Notes under the pieces: model-generated | What the model saw: only the letters and a program-made list of their open reading frames with translations | Databases searched by the model: none | What the model was told of the DNA's origin: nothing | Translations under genes and position numbers: made by a program | Shown here: positions 9,904-19,622 of the stretch, piece by piece | How the letters are laid out: each line of letters begins with the position of its first letter | Position numbering within the stretch: the stretch's first letter is position 1 | DNA from: an uncultured delta proteobacterium | GTDB lineage: Bacteria > Desulfobacterota > WTBG01 > CAIYCZ01 | Reading direction: 5' to 3' | Assembly (NCBI GenBank): GCA_963803975.1 | Contig: CAWDOY010000033.1 | Span: forward strand, 1 to 24,875 | DNA length: 24,875 nt

Positions 9904-10752
9904 ATGATGACTGTGGAAGAATTGAAAAACAAACGAATAGGCGTTGTATTTTCTTCCGGCTTTTTCGGGTTTTTTGCCCATGCCGGCTGTCTTAAGGCAC
10001 TTGAAGAGCTGGGGATCAAGCCGGTCGGGTACGCGGGCACCAGTTCCGGTGCGATTGCAGCAGCGTTTGCTGCAGCCGGGCTGAGCGCAGAGCGTATCAG
10101 CGCTATTCTGTTTAATCTCAGGAAACAGGACTTCTGGGACCCGGAGCCGTGGTACAAAACAGCAGTGAGCGCTTTGAAGCTTTTCCGGGGCTCGCTCGGG
10201 TATCTGGAGGGAGAACGGTTCAGGAATTTATTGGAGCGCAACCTGCCGGTACAGCAGTTCCAGGAATTGAAAACCCCTTGTGTGATTGTGGGTGCAAACA
10301 TTACTAAAAAGAGACGGGAAGTATTCACTGCGGGAAGTATCAGTGACGCGGTGCAGGCATCAGGCACCATTCCCTGGACGTTTAAAATGAAAAAGATAGG
10401 GGAGGACTATTTTCTGGACGGCGGGCTGATCGATAAAGCACCCCTTGATGCGCTGCGGGCGCATGTTCCGGTTGATGTGATCATGGTCCATTATATTTCT
10501 TCTCAGGAGCTGAACGAAAACAGCAACTCTTTTTTGCTGAAAAAATTCTCTCCGCAGCGGGCATACGGCCTCTCGATAAGTATTGCCCGCCATGAACACT
10601 ACCAGGCGCAGAAGAAGCTTGCAGAGCAGCAGGGGGTAATGGTAATAGAGCTGAAGCCGGATCTCCCTGCGGTGACGCCGGACGCTCTTTATCTAGGCGA
10701 AGAAGCGTTTAATAGGGCTTATGAACAGGCGATAAAACATTTTAAGAGGTAA
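9904..10752 (+). CDS. Patatin-like phospholipase
   Basis: Gly-rich SSGFFGFFAHAG, nucleophile elbow GTSSG, catalytic LDGG. Confidence 0.92.
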   Translation: MMTVEELKNKRIGVVFSSGFFGFFAHAGCLKALEELGIKPVGYAGTSSGAIAAAFAAAGLSAERISAILFNLRKQDFWDPEPWYKTAVSALKLFRGSLGYLEGERFRNLLERNLPVQQFQELKTPCVIVGANITKKRREVFTAGSISDAVQASGTIPWTFKMKKIGEDYFLDGGLIDKAPLDALRAHVPVDVIMVHYISSQELNENSNSFLLKKFSPQRAYGLSISIARHEHYQAQKKLAEQQGVMVIELKPDLPAVTPDALYLGEEAFNRAYEQAIKHFKR

Positions 10753-10830
10753 AAAGGTAAAGAGGTAAAGAGGTAAAGAGGTAAAGAGGTAAGAGGAGGT
10801 GAAGAGGTGAAGAGGTGAAGGGGTGAAGAG
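10744..10830 (+). repeat. 8-bp purine array (AAGAGGTR), about 10 units, filling the entire patatin/four-helix intergenic space
   Basis: aagaggta aaaaggta aagaggta x4, agaggaggtg, aagaggtg x2, aaggggtg; contains the patatin TAA (10750) and the next GTG start (10823). Confidence 0.95.
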
Positions 10831-11176
10831 TCAACGATTTGAGGATCTTGAAGTCTGGCAGAAAGCATGTCAGTTATGCTTAAAAATATTTAAAGCTTTT
10901 AGAGACTGTAAAGATTACGGATTAAGGGATCAAATCACACGTTCATCTCTATCCATTCCGTCTAATATTGCAGAAGGATATGAACGTGATTCAAACAAAG
11001 AATTCATACGCTTTTTATATATTGCTAAGGGTTCCTGTGGGGAATTAAGGACTCAGATATATATTGCCATTGAGATTGGATTTTTAGAAAAGCAGCAGGG
11101 CGGCAATTTTATAGAAGAAGCAAAAGAAATATCTTATATGTTGAATAGTCTGATTCAGAAGCGCAAAACCTTTTAA
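10823..11176 (+). CDS. Four-helix-bundle protein (TIGR02436 / 23S rRNA intervening-sequence protein / Avd-like)
   Basis: FEDLEVWQKA..L, YGLRDQITRSSLSIPSNIAEGYER, EFIRFLYIAKGSCGELRTQ: the family signature. Confidence 0.95.
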   Translation: MKSQRFEDLEVWQKACQLCLKIFKAFRDCKDYGLRDQITRSSLSIPSNIAEGYERDSNKEFIRFLYIAKGSCGELRTQIYIAIEIGFLEKQQGGNFIEEAKEISYMLNSLIQKRKTF

Positions 11177-11206
11177 CCTTTTTGCCTTTTAACCTTTTAT
11201 CCTTAT
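11167..11206 (+). repeat. 8-bp pyrimidine array (AACCTTTT) x5, complementary to the upstream AAGAGGTR array
   Basis: aacctttt aacctttt tgcctttt aacctttt atccttat; contains the four-helix TAA (11174..11176). Confidence 0.85.
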
Positions 11207-11231
11207 TGACCTCATTAATAAAGGAGCCTTT

Positions 11232-12026
11232 ATGATCATCGATATTCACAACCACCTTACTGTTAAGCACAGCCCGTTCTATCTCCCGGCGGAAGAATAC
11301 CTGAAGGTTATGGATGAGCTGGGTGTCGATAAGACCGTTATTCTGGGGAAGGATTACGGGTTTCTGGGCGACCGTCAGAACTCAAATCTTCCTGATGCGG
11401 AAACAGCGGAGTTTGTAAAGGCTCATCCCGACCGCTTTATCGGCTTCAGCGCCGCCCATCCTGACCGGACTGAAAAGGAAAACCTGGAGCGCATAGAGCG
11501 GGCCGTGAATGACTATGGCATGAAGGGGATCAAGCTCAACCCGGCATCCGGCTTTTATCCGAATGACCAGCGGCTCTATCCCGTGTATGACAAATGTTTA
11601 AGCCTGCAGATTCCCGTCATGGTCCACATGGGCATTAAACCGCCTTCTGAGGGCAACCGGATGAAATACTGCCATCCGCTCTATCTCGATGACATCGCAG
11701 TGGACTTCCCCGATCTGACCATCATCATAGCCCACTCCGGCTATCCCTGGATCGAGGATACGATAACCGTGAGCCTTTACACGCAAACTCTTGTTGCCGA
11801 TATCTCGACGCTGAATCAGCTGGAGGAGGTCATGGGCTGCGAGGTGGTGGTGCCGACGCTGAAGCGGCTGACCGCCTCTCTCGGCGCCAGCCGCGTGGTA
11901 TTCGGCTCTGATGGGATTTTTAATCTTGAAGCACTTATCAGCGCAGTCAGGAATGCGCCCTTTCTCTCTGATGCCGACAGGGAAAGAATCTTCTGGAAAA
12001 ATGCAACGGAAATTTTAAAATTATAG
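11232..12026 (+). CDS. Amidohydrolase family 2 (TIM-barrel metallohydrolase)
   Basis: MIIDIHNH, GMKGIKL, PVMVHMG, IIIAHSGYPW, VVFGSD; RBS AAGGAG. Confidence 0.92.
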   Translation: MIIDIHNHLTVKHSPFYLPAEEYLKVMDELGVDKTVILGKDYGFLGDRQNSNLPDAETAEFVKAHPDRFIGFSAAHPDRTEKENLERIERAVNDYGMKGIKLNPASGFYPNDQRLYPVYDKCLSLQIPVMVHMGIKPPSEGNRMKYCHPLYLDDIAVDFPDLTIIIAHSGYPWIEDTITVSLYTQTLVADISTLNQLEEVMGCEVVVPTLKRLTASLGASRVVFGSDGIFNLEALISAVRNAPFLSDADRERIFWKNATEILKL

Positions 12027-12027
12027 C

Positions 12028-12504
12028 TTACTCGTCCCGGTGCCAGTGCACCCGGACATATTTTTCTCCCTCAGGGTACCGGATGTTAAGCTCTCCTTTG
12101 CACGCGGCGTGTATGGCTTCTCCAATGCGGCGCGCAATGTGCTCGTAGGTGGTCTTAATAGTTATCTTGTTGTTGTTATCTGCAATATCAATTATTCTCT
12201 CTAATGGTCTGTAGTTACGCTCATTGTTTTCAGTATTTTTTACAATGCTAAGAATTTCCTGCTTATGCTTTGATAAGAATTCACCCTCTAAAAATATAAC
12301 CCCGCCTTCATATTTTTCTGCTATCCTTTTGCACGCGGGGCATAAAAATTTTGCCGCGTTTGCCGGCGGTTTTTCAGACCACTTAAAATTGCCATTATGA
12401 AATACCACGCTGCATTTTTCACATACCGAAGGATCAGGACAATTTTCTTTCAAAAAATATGGGTCATGGTTATGCTCCTGGATTAGCTTATTCATCTTTG
12501 CCAT
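12028..12504 (-). CDS. BCAM0308-family (NMD3-like zinc-ribbon) protein
   Basis: HDPY, CEKC..VFHNG..KW, LCPACKRI, PLERII, TTYEHIARRIGEAIH, VRVHW; AGGAG RBS before ATG 12504. Confidence 0.75.
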   Translation of the reverse strand: MAKMNKLIQEHNHDPYFLKENCPDPSVCEKCSVVFHNGNFKWSEKPPANAAKFLCPACKRIAEKYEGGVIFLEGEFLSKHKQEILSIVKNTENNERNYRPLERIIDIADNNNKITIKTTYEHIARRIGEAIHAACKGELNIRYPEGEKYVRVHWHRDE

Positions 12505-12630
12505 AACTTTCTCTCCTTTTTTTATCAAGGTTGATGAATTGAGAAGTTTATACTAATGTCCACTTATTATTATAGCATTGTTGTCTGTTAATAACATGAG
12601 TTTAAAAACATAGCAGTAAAAAAGTTGTAA

Positions 12631-12683
12631 AAAAGGTAAAGAGGTGAAGGGGCAACCCACCTTCGCGCAAGGCTACGGCGGGC
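12631..12683 (+). repeat. Short AARAGGTR array plus REP-like hairpin upstream of cobD
   Basis: aaaaggta aagaggtg aagggg, then CCCACCTTCGCGCAAGGCTACGGCGGGC (12656..12683). Confidence 0.8.
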
Positions 12684-12793
12684 AGGCAGGCAAGAATGTG
12701 GATGCATTGAATGCGGAATAAGCTACGTGCCTCGTGACGCGTAAGATAAAAGTGAAACGTGGAATGTGGAAACTCAACTCATTGGAGATTTTG

Positions 12794-13870
12794 GTGAATA
12801 ATAAGCATGGCGGTACAATTTACGCAATCGCCCGCCAGATGGGAATAGAACCTTCGGAACTTCTTGACTTCAGCGCCAGTATCAACCCCCTCGGGTTTTC
12901 ACCGCGCGTTAAGAGGGCTCTGAGGGGACATGATGACGCCATTCTTCATTACCCTGACCAGGAAGCCCACGATTTTATACAGGAGCTTGCCCGATACCAC
13001 CGGCTTCCGGCGACCAATATTATTGCCGGCAATGGCTCAACTGAGCTTATATTTCTGCTGCCCAGGGTTATAAAAACCAAGAAAGTATTGATAGTTGTGC
13101 CGACATTTTCAGAATATGAATCAAGCATCAGACAGGCAGGCGGCAAAGTCTTCTATTTCAGGACAACCGAGGAGGAGCAATTTTCCATTCAGCCGCAGGA
13201 GGTATTGAAAGAGCTGCAGAAAGGCTATGATGCGCTCTATATCTGCAACCCCAATAACCCGACAGGGGTGCTGACCTCAAAAGAAGTGCTGAAGGATATT
13301 GCGCACAGTGCGCGGCAACGATCGACTGCGGTTATCATTGACGAGACATTCATTGATTTTAATGAAAACCAGTCTGTTAAACATGAAACAAAAGAGCTTG
13401 AAAATATTTATATTTTACGGTCTATGACGAAATTTTTCGCGCTCCCGGGGCTCCGGGCCGGATACCTTATTTCCGCAGCAGGTAATATTAAAAAGCTTCG
13501 CGAGCAGCAGGAGCCATGGACCATGAATGCTCTTGCCCAGTATGCGGGTGTTGAGAGCCTCAGAGACAAAGATTATATCCAGAGGTCATTGCACTATATG
13601 AAAACAGCACGGCATGAGCTTGCTGCCGGGCTGCAGCGAATTCCCTGTTTGAAAGTCTTTGCGAGCGGGGCAAATTACCTGTTGATCAAACTGCTTGCAC
13701 CGGCCCCGTTGAGTGTTTCCGGGCTTTATAGCAAGCTTTTAGAGGAGAGGATTATTATCAGGAAATGTAATACGTTTCAGGGAATGGGCGATAGGTTATT
13801 TCCGTATTGCAGTAAGAAAGAAAAGTGAAAACAAATGTTAATTGGAAAGCTGAAGAAAATGCTGCAATAG
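12794..13870 (+). CDS. cobD: L-threonine-O-3-phosphate decarboxylase (PLP-dependent); C-terminus frameshifted
   Basis: GTG 12794 with GGAGA RBS; HGG, LDFSASINPLG, YPD, GNGSTELI, CNPNNPTG, DETF, RSMTKFFALPGLRAGY; the expected YFRIAVR is in another frame near 13795; likely stop is TAG 13868. Confidence 0.85.
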
Positions 13871-13881
13871 AAAGAGTGGAT

Positions 13882-13984
13882 GAGTCGGTGAGTCGGTGAA
13901 GGTCGGGAGTGAAGAGTTAAGGAGTTAGGGAGTCAGGGAGTTGGGGAGTTAAGGAGTTGAGGAGTTAAGGAGTCGAGGAGTGAC
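13882..13984 (+). repeat. 8-bp arrays (GAGTCGGT x2, then about 9 GGAGTYRR units), locus C
   Basis: ggagttag ggagtcag ggagttgg ggagttaa ggagttga ggagttaa ggagtcga ggagtgac at 13921..13984. Confidence 0.95.
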
Positions 13985-13998
13985 AAGTCGAAGAGGCA

Positions 13999-14026
13999 CC
14001 CGCCTTCGCGCAAGGCTACGGTGGGC
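13999..14026 (+). repeat. REP-like hairpin copy
   Basis: CCCGCCTTCGCGCAAGGCTACGGTGGGC, 26/28 identical to 12656..12683. Confidence 0.85.
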
Positions 14027-14080
14027 AGTGCAGGCACAGAGGCGTCAAAGGCAGTAGCACCGTGCAACAGGCATTTTACT

Positions 14081-14121
14081 TTTAACCTTTCACCTATTCA
14101 CCTTTTAGACCTCTTGAACCT
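14081..14121 (-). repeat. Degenerate AARAGGT array on the minus strand, just after the radical SAM stop
   Basis: + strand tttaaccttt cacctatt cacctttt agacctctt gaacct. Confidence 0.7.
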
Positions 14122-14130
14122 GATTGCTGG

Positions 14131-15637
14131 CTATTTGTCTAATTCAGATTTAAAGCGCGGAGACCAGAAGAGCTTGCGGAAGTGGTAACCGTATACGGCC
14201 AGGCACACAACTTCTGAGAATGCGGTGCGATACTTTGAATATGAATTCTTGAGCAGCCGCCAGTAATAATTCTTAGTCTGTGTCCGGTCAATAATACCAA
14301 GATACCAGAAGGTGCGGATAAAGGTAAGGACATCATTTTTCTCAAGGTAAAATTTGGTCTTTGGCCGGTAGTCCTGCAGGAAGGTCATGATGCGTTTATA
14401 ATACATCTCCGGTGAATAGATAGTATTCATCACCCACTTATAACCATTGATAAGGGTTTCCCGGTCCATTTTGGGGATGAAGTTAGAGACTTTCCTGCGG
14501 ATCGGTATTATTGCAGGCACATTTAAACAGAAGCCGGCCTTCCTCTTCCAGACGTTTATAGAGCCGTGTTCCCGGCATTGCGGTGAGCAGGCCGATCATG
14601 GCCGTAACAATGCCGGTCTTCTGAATGAACTGTACCTGCCGCTGAAAGATATCCGGCGGGTCGCTGTCAAAGCCGATAATAAACCCCCCCATCACCGCCA
14701 GGCCGTGATTCTGAATGATGCGCACTGAATCAATAAGGCCCCGTTTAAGGTTCTGGGATTTGCCGCATTCTTTGAGGCCCTCCTCAGATGGTGTTTCAAT
14801 CCCCATAAAGACCTTATTAAAGCCTGCCTGAACCATGAGGTCCATCAGCTCTTCATCCTCTGCCAGATCAACCGATGCTTCGGTAAAGAAATTGAGCCGG
14901 CGCTTGCGCTGGCTCTGCCAGGTAATAATCTCCCGCAGCAGCGATTTCACCTTAACCTTATTGCCGATAAAATTATCATCAACAATAAATACAGTTCCGC
15001 GCCAGCCGCGGCTGTAGAGCGCGTCAAGCTCCGCTATCATCCGGTCATTGGTTTTGGTGCGCGGCACCCGGCCGTTCATGACGATGATGTCACAGAACTC
15101 GCAGTTGAACGGGCATCCCCGTGAGTACTGAATGCCCATGCTGACATAGTCAGATAAATGTATTAGGTCCCATTGAGGAATCGGCGTGGCATCCAGTGGC
15201 GGACGATTATGTTCCTCGTAATATTTTTTCGCAGTCCCGTTTTCGATGTCTGCAACAAAACGGGGCACGGTGAGCTCGCCTTCACCCAGTATCAGATGAT
15301 CCGCATCCTGAAAAACCTCCCGGTAGGAGTTAAACAGCGGGCCGCCGCACACGGTTTTAACACCGAGCTTGCGGCAGCGATCAAGCACGTTACGGGTGGA
15401 GCCCCATTGCGCCACCATGGCGCTGATGAAGACATAATCCGCCCACTGCAGGTCATCATCATGCAAGCTGCGCACATTCATATCCACCAGGCGTTTCTGC
15501 CAGGAAGAGGGAAGCATTGCCGCCACCGTGAGAGCTCCCAGCGGCGGGAAAGCGGATTTTCGCTGTACCACCCGCAGGGCGTGCTTGAAGCTCCAGAATG
15601 TTTCAGCAACCTGGGGATATACAATCAGGATATTCAT
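14131..15637 (-). CDS. B12-binding-domain radical SAM protein (DUF4070-like C-terminus), frameshifted near 14490-14520
   Basis: PPLGALTVAAMLP, GGP, GEGE, SRGCPFNCEFC, FIVDDNF, GIETP, GFIIGFDSD; ORFs 14483..15637 and 14131..14520 join. Confidence 0.92.
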
Positions 15638-15746
15638 TCATCTGTCTCCACTGAAGCTATCTGTTGGTCACCTTGACCGGCATAAAAATAGTAGCATATA
15701 GGACAAGCGGGAACAAGGCCAAAAGGAGAATGACCGGCGTGATAAT

Positions 15747-15832
15747 AAAAAAGGGAGTTAAGAAAGTAAGCAAATGAGATGTTGAAGAGGGGGGAACAAC
15801 GCTCTCAAGTGTTTTCTTACTCCTTAACTCCC
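15747..15832 (-). terminator. Long hairpin built from GGAGTTAA units and followed by U6 on the minus strand
   Basis: Minus strand GGGAGTTAAGGAGTAAG ... CTTACTTTCTTAACTCCC TTTTTT, about 110 bp upstream of the radical SAM ATG. Confidence 0.5.
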
Positions 15833-16192
15833 AATTCAAAAGCAATGGAGCTGCTGCCTGTTTGCGTATAATCTTCAGTTACTGTCGAATCTACCTAATA
15901 TATTGCCCGCAAAGCAGCTTAATTAGTTCTATTTCATGACCTGATCAATATTCTGTTAAGTTCTATAATATACACATTTCCAGGTTTTTTAAAGGATAAT
16001 TATTGCCTTTTATGTGGCAGTATTCGGCTTTCCCCTGAAACTGGTTTTTGCTCTGTTTAACGTGTTTTAAAAAATAAATTTGCAACTTTCTTTTTGCCAG
16101 ACTATTTAAAGATATGTTATGAACCATGATGATTGAAATAACACTTGATTTGAATCATCTCAAGACTATGTAATAATTTTTGGAGAACGGGT

Positions 16193-18641
16193 ATGTACAG
16201 AAGAAGAGCTTCTTTACTGTTGTTGACAATCAGTATGATAGTATTGCTCCTGCCGGTCTTCGGGCAGGCACAGATAGTCGCTCTTACTGTTAAGGGGGTG
16301 GCTGCCACTGATTTGTCCGGCATCCCCAAAACATCTTTCAGCCCCGGCGATACCATCCGCTATACGGTGTCATACTCTGCCAGCGGGTTCTCCTTTTTGC
16401 GGGTGCGCGGCACGGTTGCGTTTATTGGCGCGCCCCAGGAGAAATTGCCCCGGCAATATAAGACCGGCAGCGGCGATTATACTATTTCCTGGGACAGCGT
16501 TGTCCCGGCCCAGGCCCTGGGAACGGCAACCGTAACGATCCGTTTTTTCAGCCTGCCGGGTGGTTTCGGGACAACTTCCGCCACTTTTACCGTCGAGGAA
16601 AAACCACCGCTGCCTCCAGCCTCATATGTCGGGACGTCGCTGTGTATAGCCTGTCACAGCAGTTTCAGCAAAGACATTGTCGATGCTTACAATGAGTCAG
16701 GACACCACTTTGCACTGAATGCTGTCAGTTCTTCTGCACCGGTATATCCCGGCTTTGCTCCTGGTGTGCCTCAGCCGCCGTCAACTTTCCCGTGGACGGA
16801 CATTCTCTATGTCGCGGGCGGTTACGGCTGGGAAGCGCAATTTGTAAATCAGGACGGATACATTTTAACTAACGGCACAGATGCTGTAGATAGCCAGTAC
16901 AACCTGCCGGACGCATTTTTAAAACTGCCGGGGCAGTTTGTGCCGTACGGGTCAGACCAGACCGCAGCCAAAGCATTTACCTGCGGAGCCTGCCACTCAA
17001 CCGGCTATTCTGCTGCGGGAAACCAGGGCGGTAAGGCCGGCATTGTCGGAACATGGCAGGAGCCGGGGGTCGGGTGCGAAGCATGCCACGGTCCCGGCAG
17101 CAACCATGTCGCAAATCCGAGCGCAGTTAAGCCTCCCAATGATCCGGCTGGTGCCTGCGTGACCTGTCATGTGCGCGATACTACAGCAGTGGTCGAGGCG
17201 TCTGACGGGCTTATTCTCAGCCAGCAGCAGTCTGATGAACTTACTGCCGGTGCAAAATTCTATTTCAAGTGCGTTTCCTGCCACAATCCCCACGCATCAG
17301 CCCGCTATGACCAGAGCGCTCAGGGCACAGCCATTATTCAGGTCTGCACCAACTGCCACAAGGACAAAACAGTGGGTCTCGGTATGGGGTTTCTCAAGTG
17401 CACGGACTGCCACATGCCGTATGCCGTTAAATCAGGCGCACATATAAGCTATCAGGATTCGAGCAACCTTACGCTGCACGCGGGAGATGTGCGTTCTCAT
17501 ATCTTTACTATAAACCCGGATGCTGCCAGTCCGTCGGAGATGTTCAGCCCTGACGGCGCATCAATAGCAGTCGGCAGCGACGGCAAGGCAAAAGGACTGA
17601 CGCTTGATTTTGTCTGCCTGTCCTGCCACCGCCAGGGCGGGTTTGCCGCCACTGTCTACAGCTTTGAACAGGTGAAGGGATTAGCGTCTTTAGTGCATGG
17701 CAGCGCGCCGAGCAAGGGCGGCTATATCGGATCTACGCTCTGCATTGCCTGTCACTCAGCAGGATCGGACATAGTGGATGCTTATACAGCTTCGGGCCAT
17801 CACTTTGCGCTGAATAAGGTAAGCGCAGCCGCACCGGTTTATCCCTCATTTGCCCCGGGCGTTCCCCAGCCGCCGGCCGGCCTGCAGTGGTCGGATATCC
17901 CGTACGTGGCGGGCGGTTATGGATGGAAGGCAAACTTTTTAAACACCAGCGGTTATCTCATCACCAATGGCAGCAATAAGATTGACAGCCAGTACAACCT
18001 GCCGGATAATTTTCTCGGCACCAGCGGGCAATTCGTCCCCTATGAAACAAAACAGCCGGCACCCAAGGTGTTTGACTGCGGCTCCTGCCATGCCACCGGC
18101 TATACAGCGCAAGGCAATCAGAACAGCCTCGCGGGAATCAAAGGAACCTGGAATGAAGACGGGGTAGGGTGCGAGGCCTGTCACAGGGCCCGGCGAGCAG
18201 CATCTGAACAATCCTCTGGGGGTTAAGCCGCCAAATGATCCGATCGTATGTCATCCGGGCAAGACCATAGGCCTCGGCATGGGATTCCTTAAATGCACGG
18301 ACTGCCACATGCCGTATGCTGGCAAGTCGGGAGCAAATATAAGCTATCAGGACCCGGACGGCCTCGAGCTGAAAATAGGTGATGTGCGCTCCCACCTGTT
18401 TACTATCAATGCGGATGCAGCGAGCCCTGCTGATATGTTTACGGCTGACGGCACAGCAATAGCTGTTGACGGCAATGGCAAAGCTAAAGGACTGACGCTT
18501 GATTTTATCTGCCTGTCCTGTCACCGGCCGGGCGGGCTTGCCAATACCACCTATACCTATGAACAGGTGAAAGCTTTGGCTGGAGCGGTGCATCCGCAGC
18601 AAGAACAGAAGGGGAGAGGAAACTTTTTTCGTCGCAATTAA
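16193..18641 (+). CDS. Secreted multiheme cytochrome c with a tandemly duplicated octaheme module; frameshift and deletion near 18185-18255
   Basis: GGAGA RBS; signal peptide; beta-rich N-terminal domain; 11 CxxCH in 16193..18226 plus 2 in 18279..18641; the second module repeats SLCIACH..SGHHFALN..GGYGW..CEACH..CTDCHMPY..LDF.CLSCH. Confidence 0.9.
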
Positions 18642-18755
18642 TTAGTGTCCCCGATAAATTTCATTTTATGCATTTTAAAAGCGGACTCCATCACCATGCT
18701 TTTTTAAGTGTCCCATCACACGGGTGAAGGTTCAGGCTGACCCCATGTTTACAAG

Positions 18756-18796
18756 AAAAATCCGGCGAAATGGAACTCATCCATTTCGCCGGATTT
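18756..18796 (-). terminator. Intrinsic terminator between the convergent cytochrome and fdh genes
   Basis: Perfect 17-bp stem AAATCCGGCGAAATGGA / TCCATTTCGCCGGATTT with a 5-nt loop; T run on the minus strand. Confidence 0.85.
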
Positions 18797-18798
18797 GA

Positions 18799-19603
18799 TT
18801 ACTGCAAAACGTTTTGCAAGGCTCGTTTATACGGCTAACCTGATAAAGCGACTGGCAAAGCGCTTGCCCTCCTCGGCCATTTTACGGAGGTAGGCCCTCC
18901 GGGAGCTGGCAGTTTAGCTCTGCTGCGCGTGGGGAGGCCGTAGAAAGGAAGGGGCCCGCAGCAGTATGTACATGCAATGCAGACCGCCAAGCTCGTCAAT
19001 GCCGTACACATTTGCCTCGCTGTGACCCTCTGCCACAAGCTGCGCTTGCCGTGCCTGGGCTTTGGCACCACGTCTGTCCGGTCGCCGTATAGTGCGGCGG
19101 CAACGTCGGACAGGTTTTCACGCAGGCAGGCTCCTGCGCCGTATGGATGACCCGGCCTGGCATCCCCAGCACTTGTATGATTTGGGTATACCGTCATCTT
19201 CAGGGCGGGTACCGTCAGATAGGCGCGGAATTGAAAACGGGCGGACGCTTACACATGTACCGCAGCCGATGCAGCTCGCTGCGGTCGATAAACACAAAGC
19301 CGTTGTCGGAACGCTTGATGGTCTGCTTGGGGCAGCTTCTCCATGCAGGCCGCGTCGGTGCAGTGCATGCACTGTTTTTTTCCTGAAAAGCCAGTCAGGG
19401 TCGCCGTTGCCTTTTTCACCAAGATGAAACTTGATAAGGGTATAGGTGTGGTCCGAGAGGTCGGAAGGATTCTCGTAGCCTTCGGTGGAGGCAAAAAATT
19501 CCGAGGTCCCGGCCGGCAGCTCATTCCACTGTTTGCAGGCGATCTGGCAGCCCTTGCAGGCAATGCATTTGGATGTATCAATTAAAACAGCCTTTGCAGC
19601 CAT
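18799..19603 (-). CDS. fdnH: Formate dehydrogenase beta (4Fe-4S) subunit, multiple frameshifts; 3' end approximate
   Basis: AVLIDTSKCIACKGCQIACKQWN, YENPSDLS..TYTLIKF, WLFRK.QCMHCTDAAC, CIGCGTC, SYKC; GGAGG RBS. Confidence 0.85.
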
Positions 19604-19622
19604 TGTATCTTCCCTCCTCTCC

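Noticed and set aside
10744..11206. True 23S rRNA intervening sequence
   Set aside because: The flanks are protein-coding genes; no rRNA or tRNA sequence is recognisable in the window.
2360..14121. Repeat arrays as CRISPR
   Set aside because: Units are 7-8 bp and contiguous, with no unique spacers and no cas genes.
15638..15900. Cobalamin riboswitch upstream of the B12 radical SAM gene (or of cobD)
   Set aside because: No B12-box or conserved GGGAA...GCCACTG arrangement is seen in either leader.
10823..18641. Diversity-generating retroelement (Avd-like gene plus duplicated cytochrome sequence as TR/VR)
   Set aside because: No reverse transcriptase in the window; the duplicated modules are both coding and, where compared, differ at synonymous positions rather than specifically at adenines.
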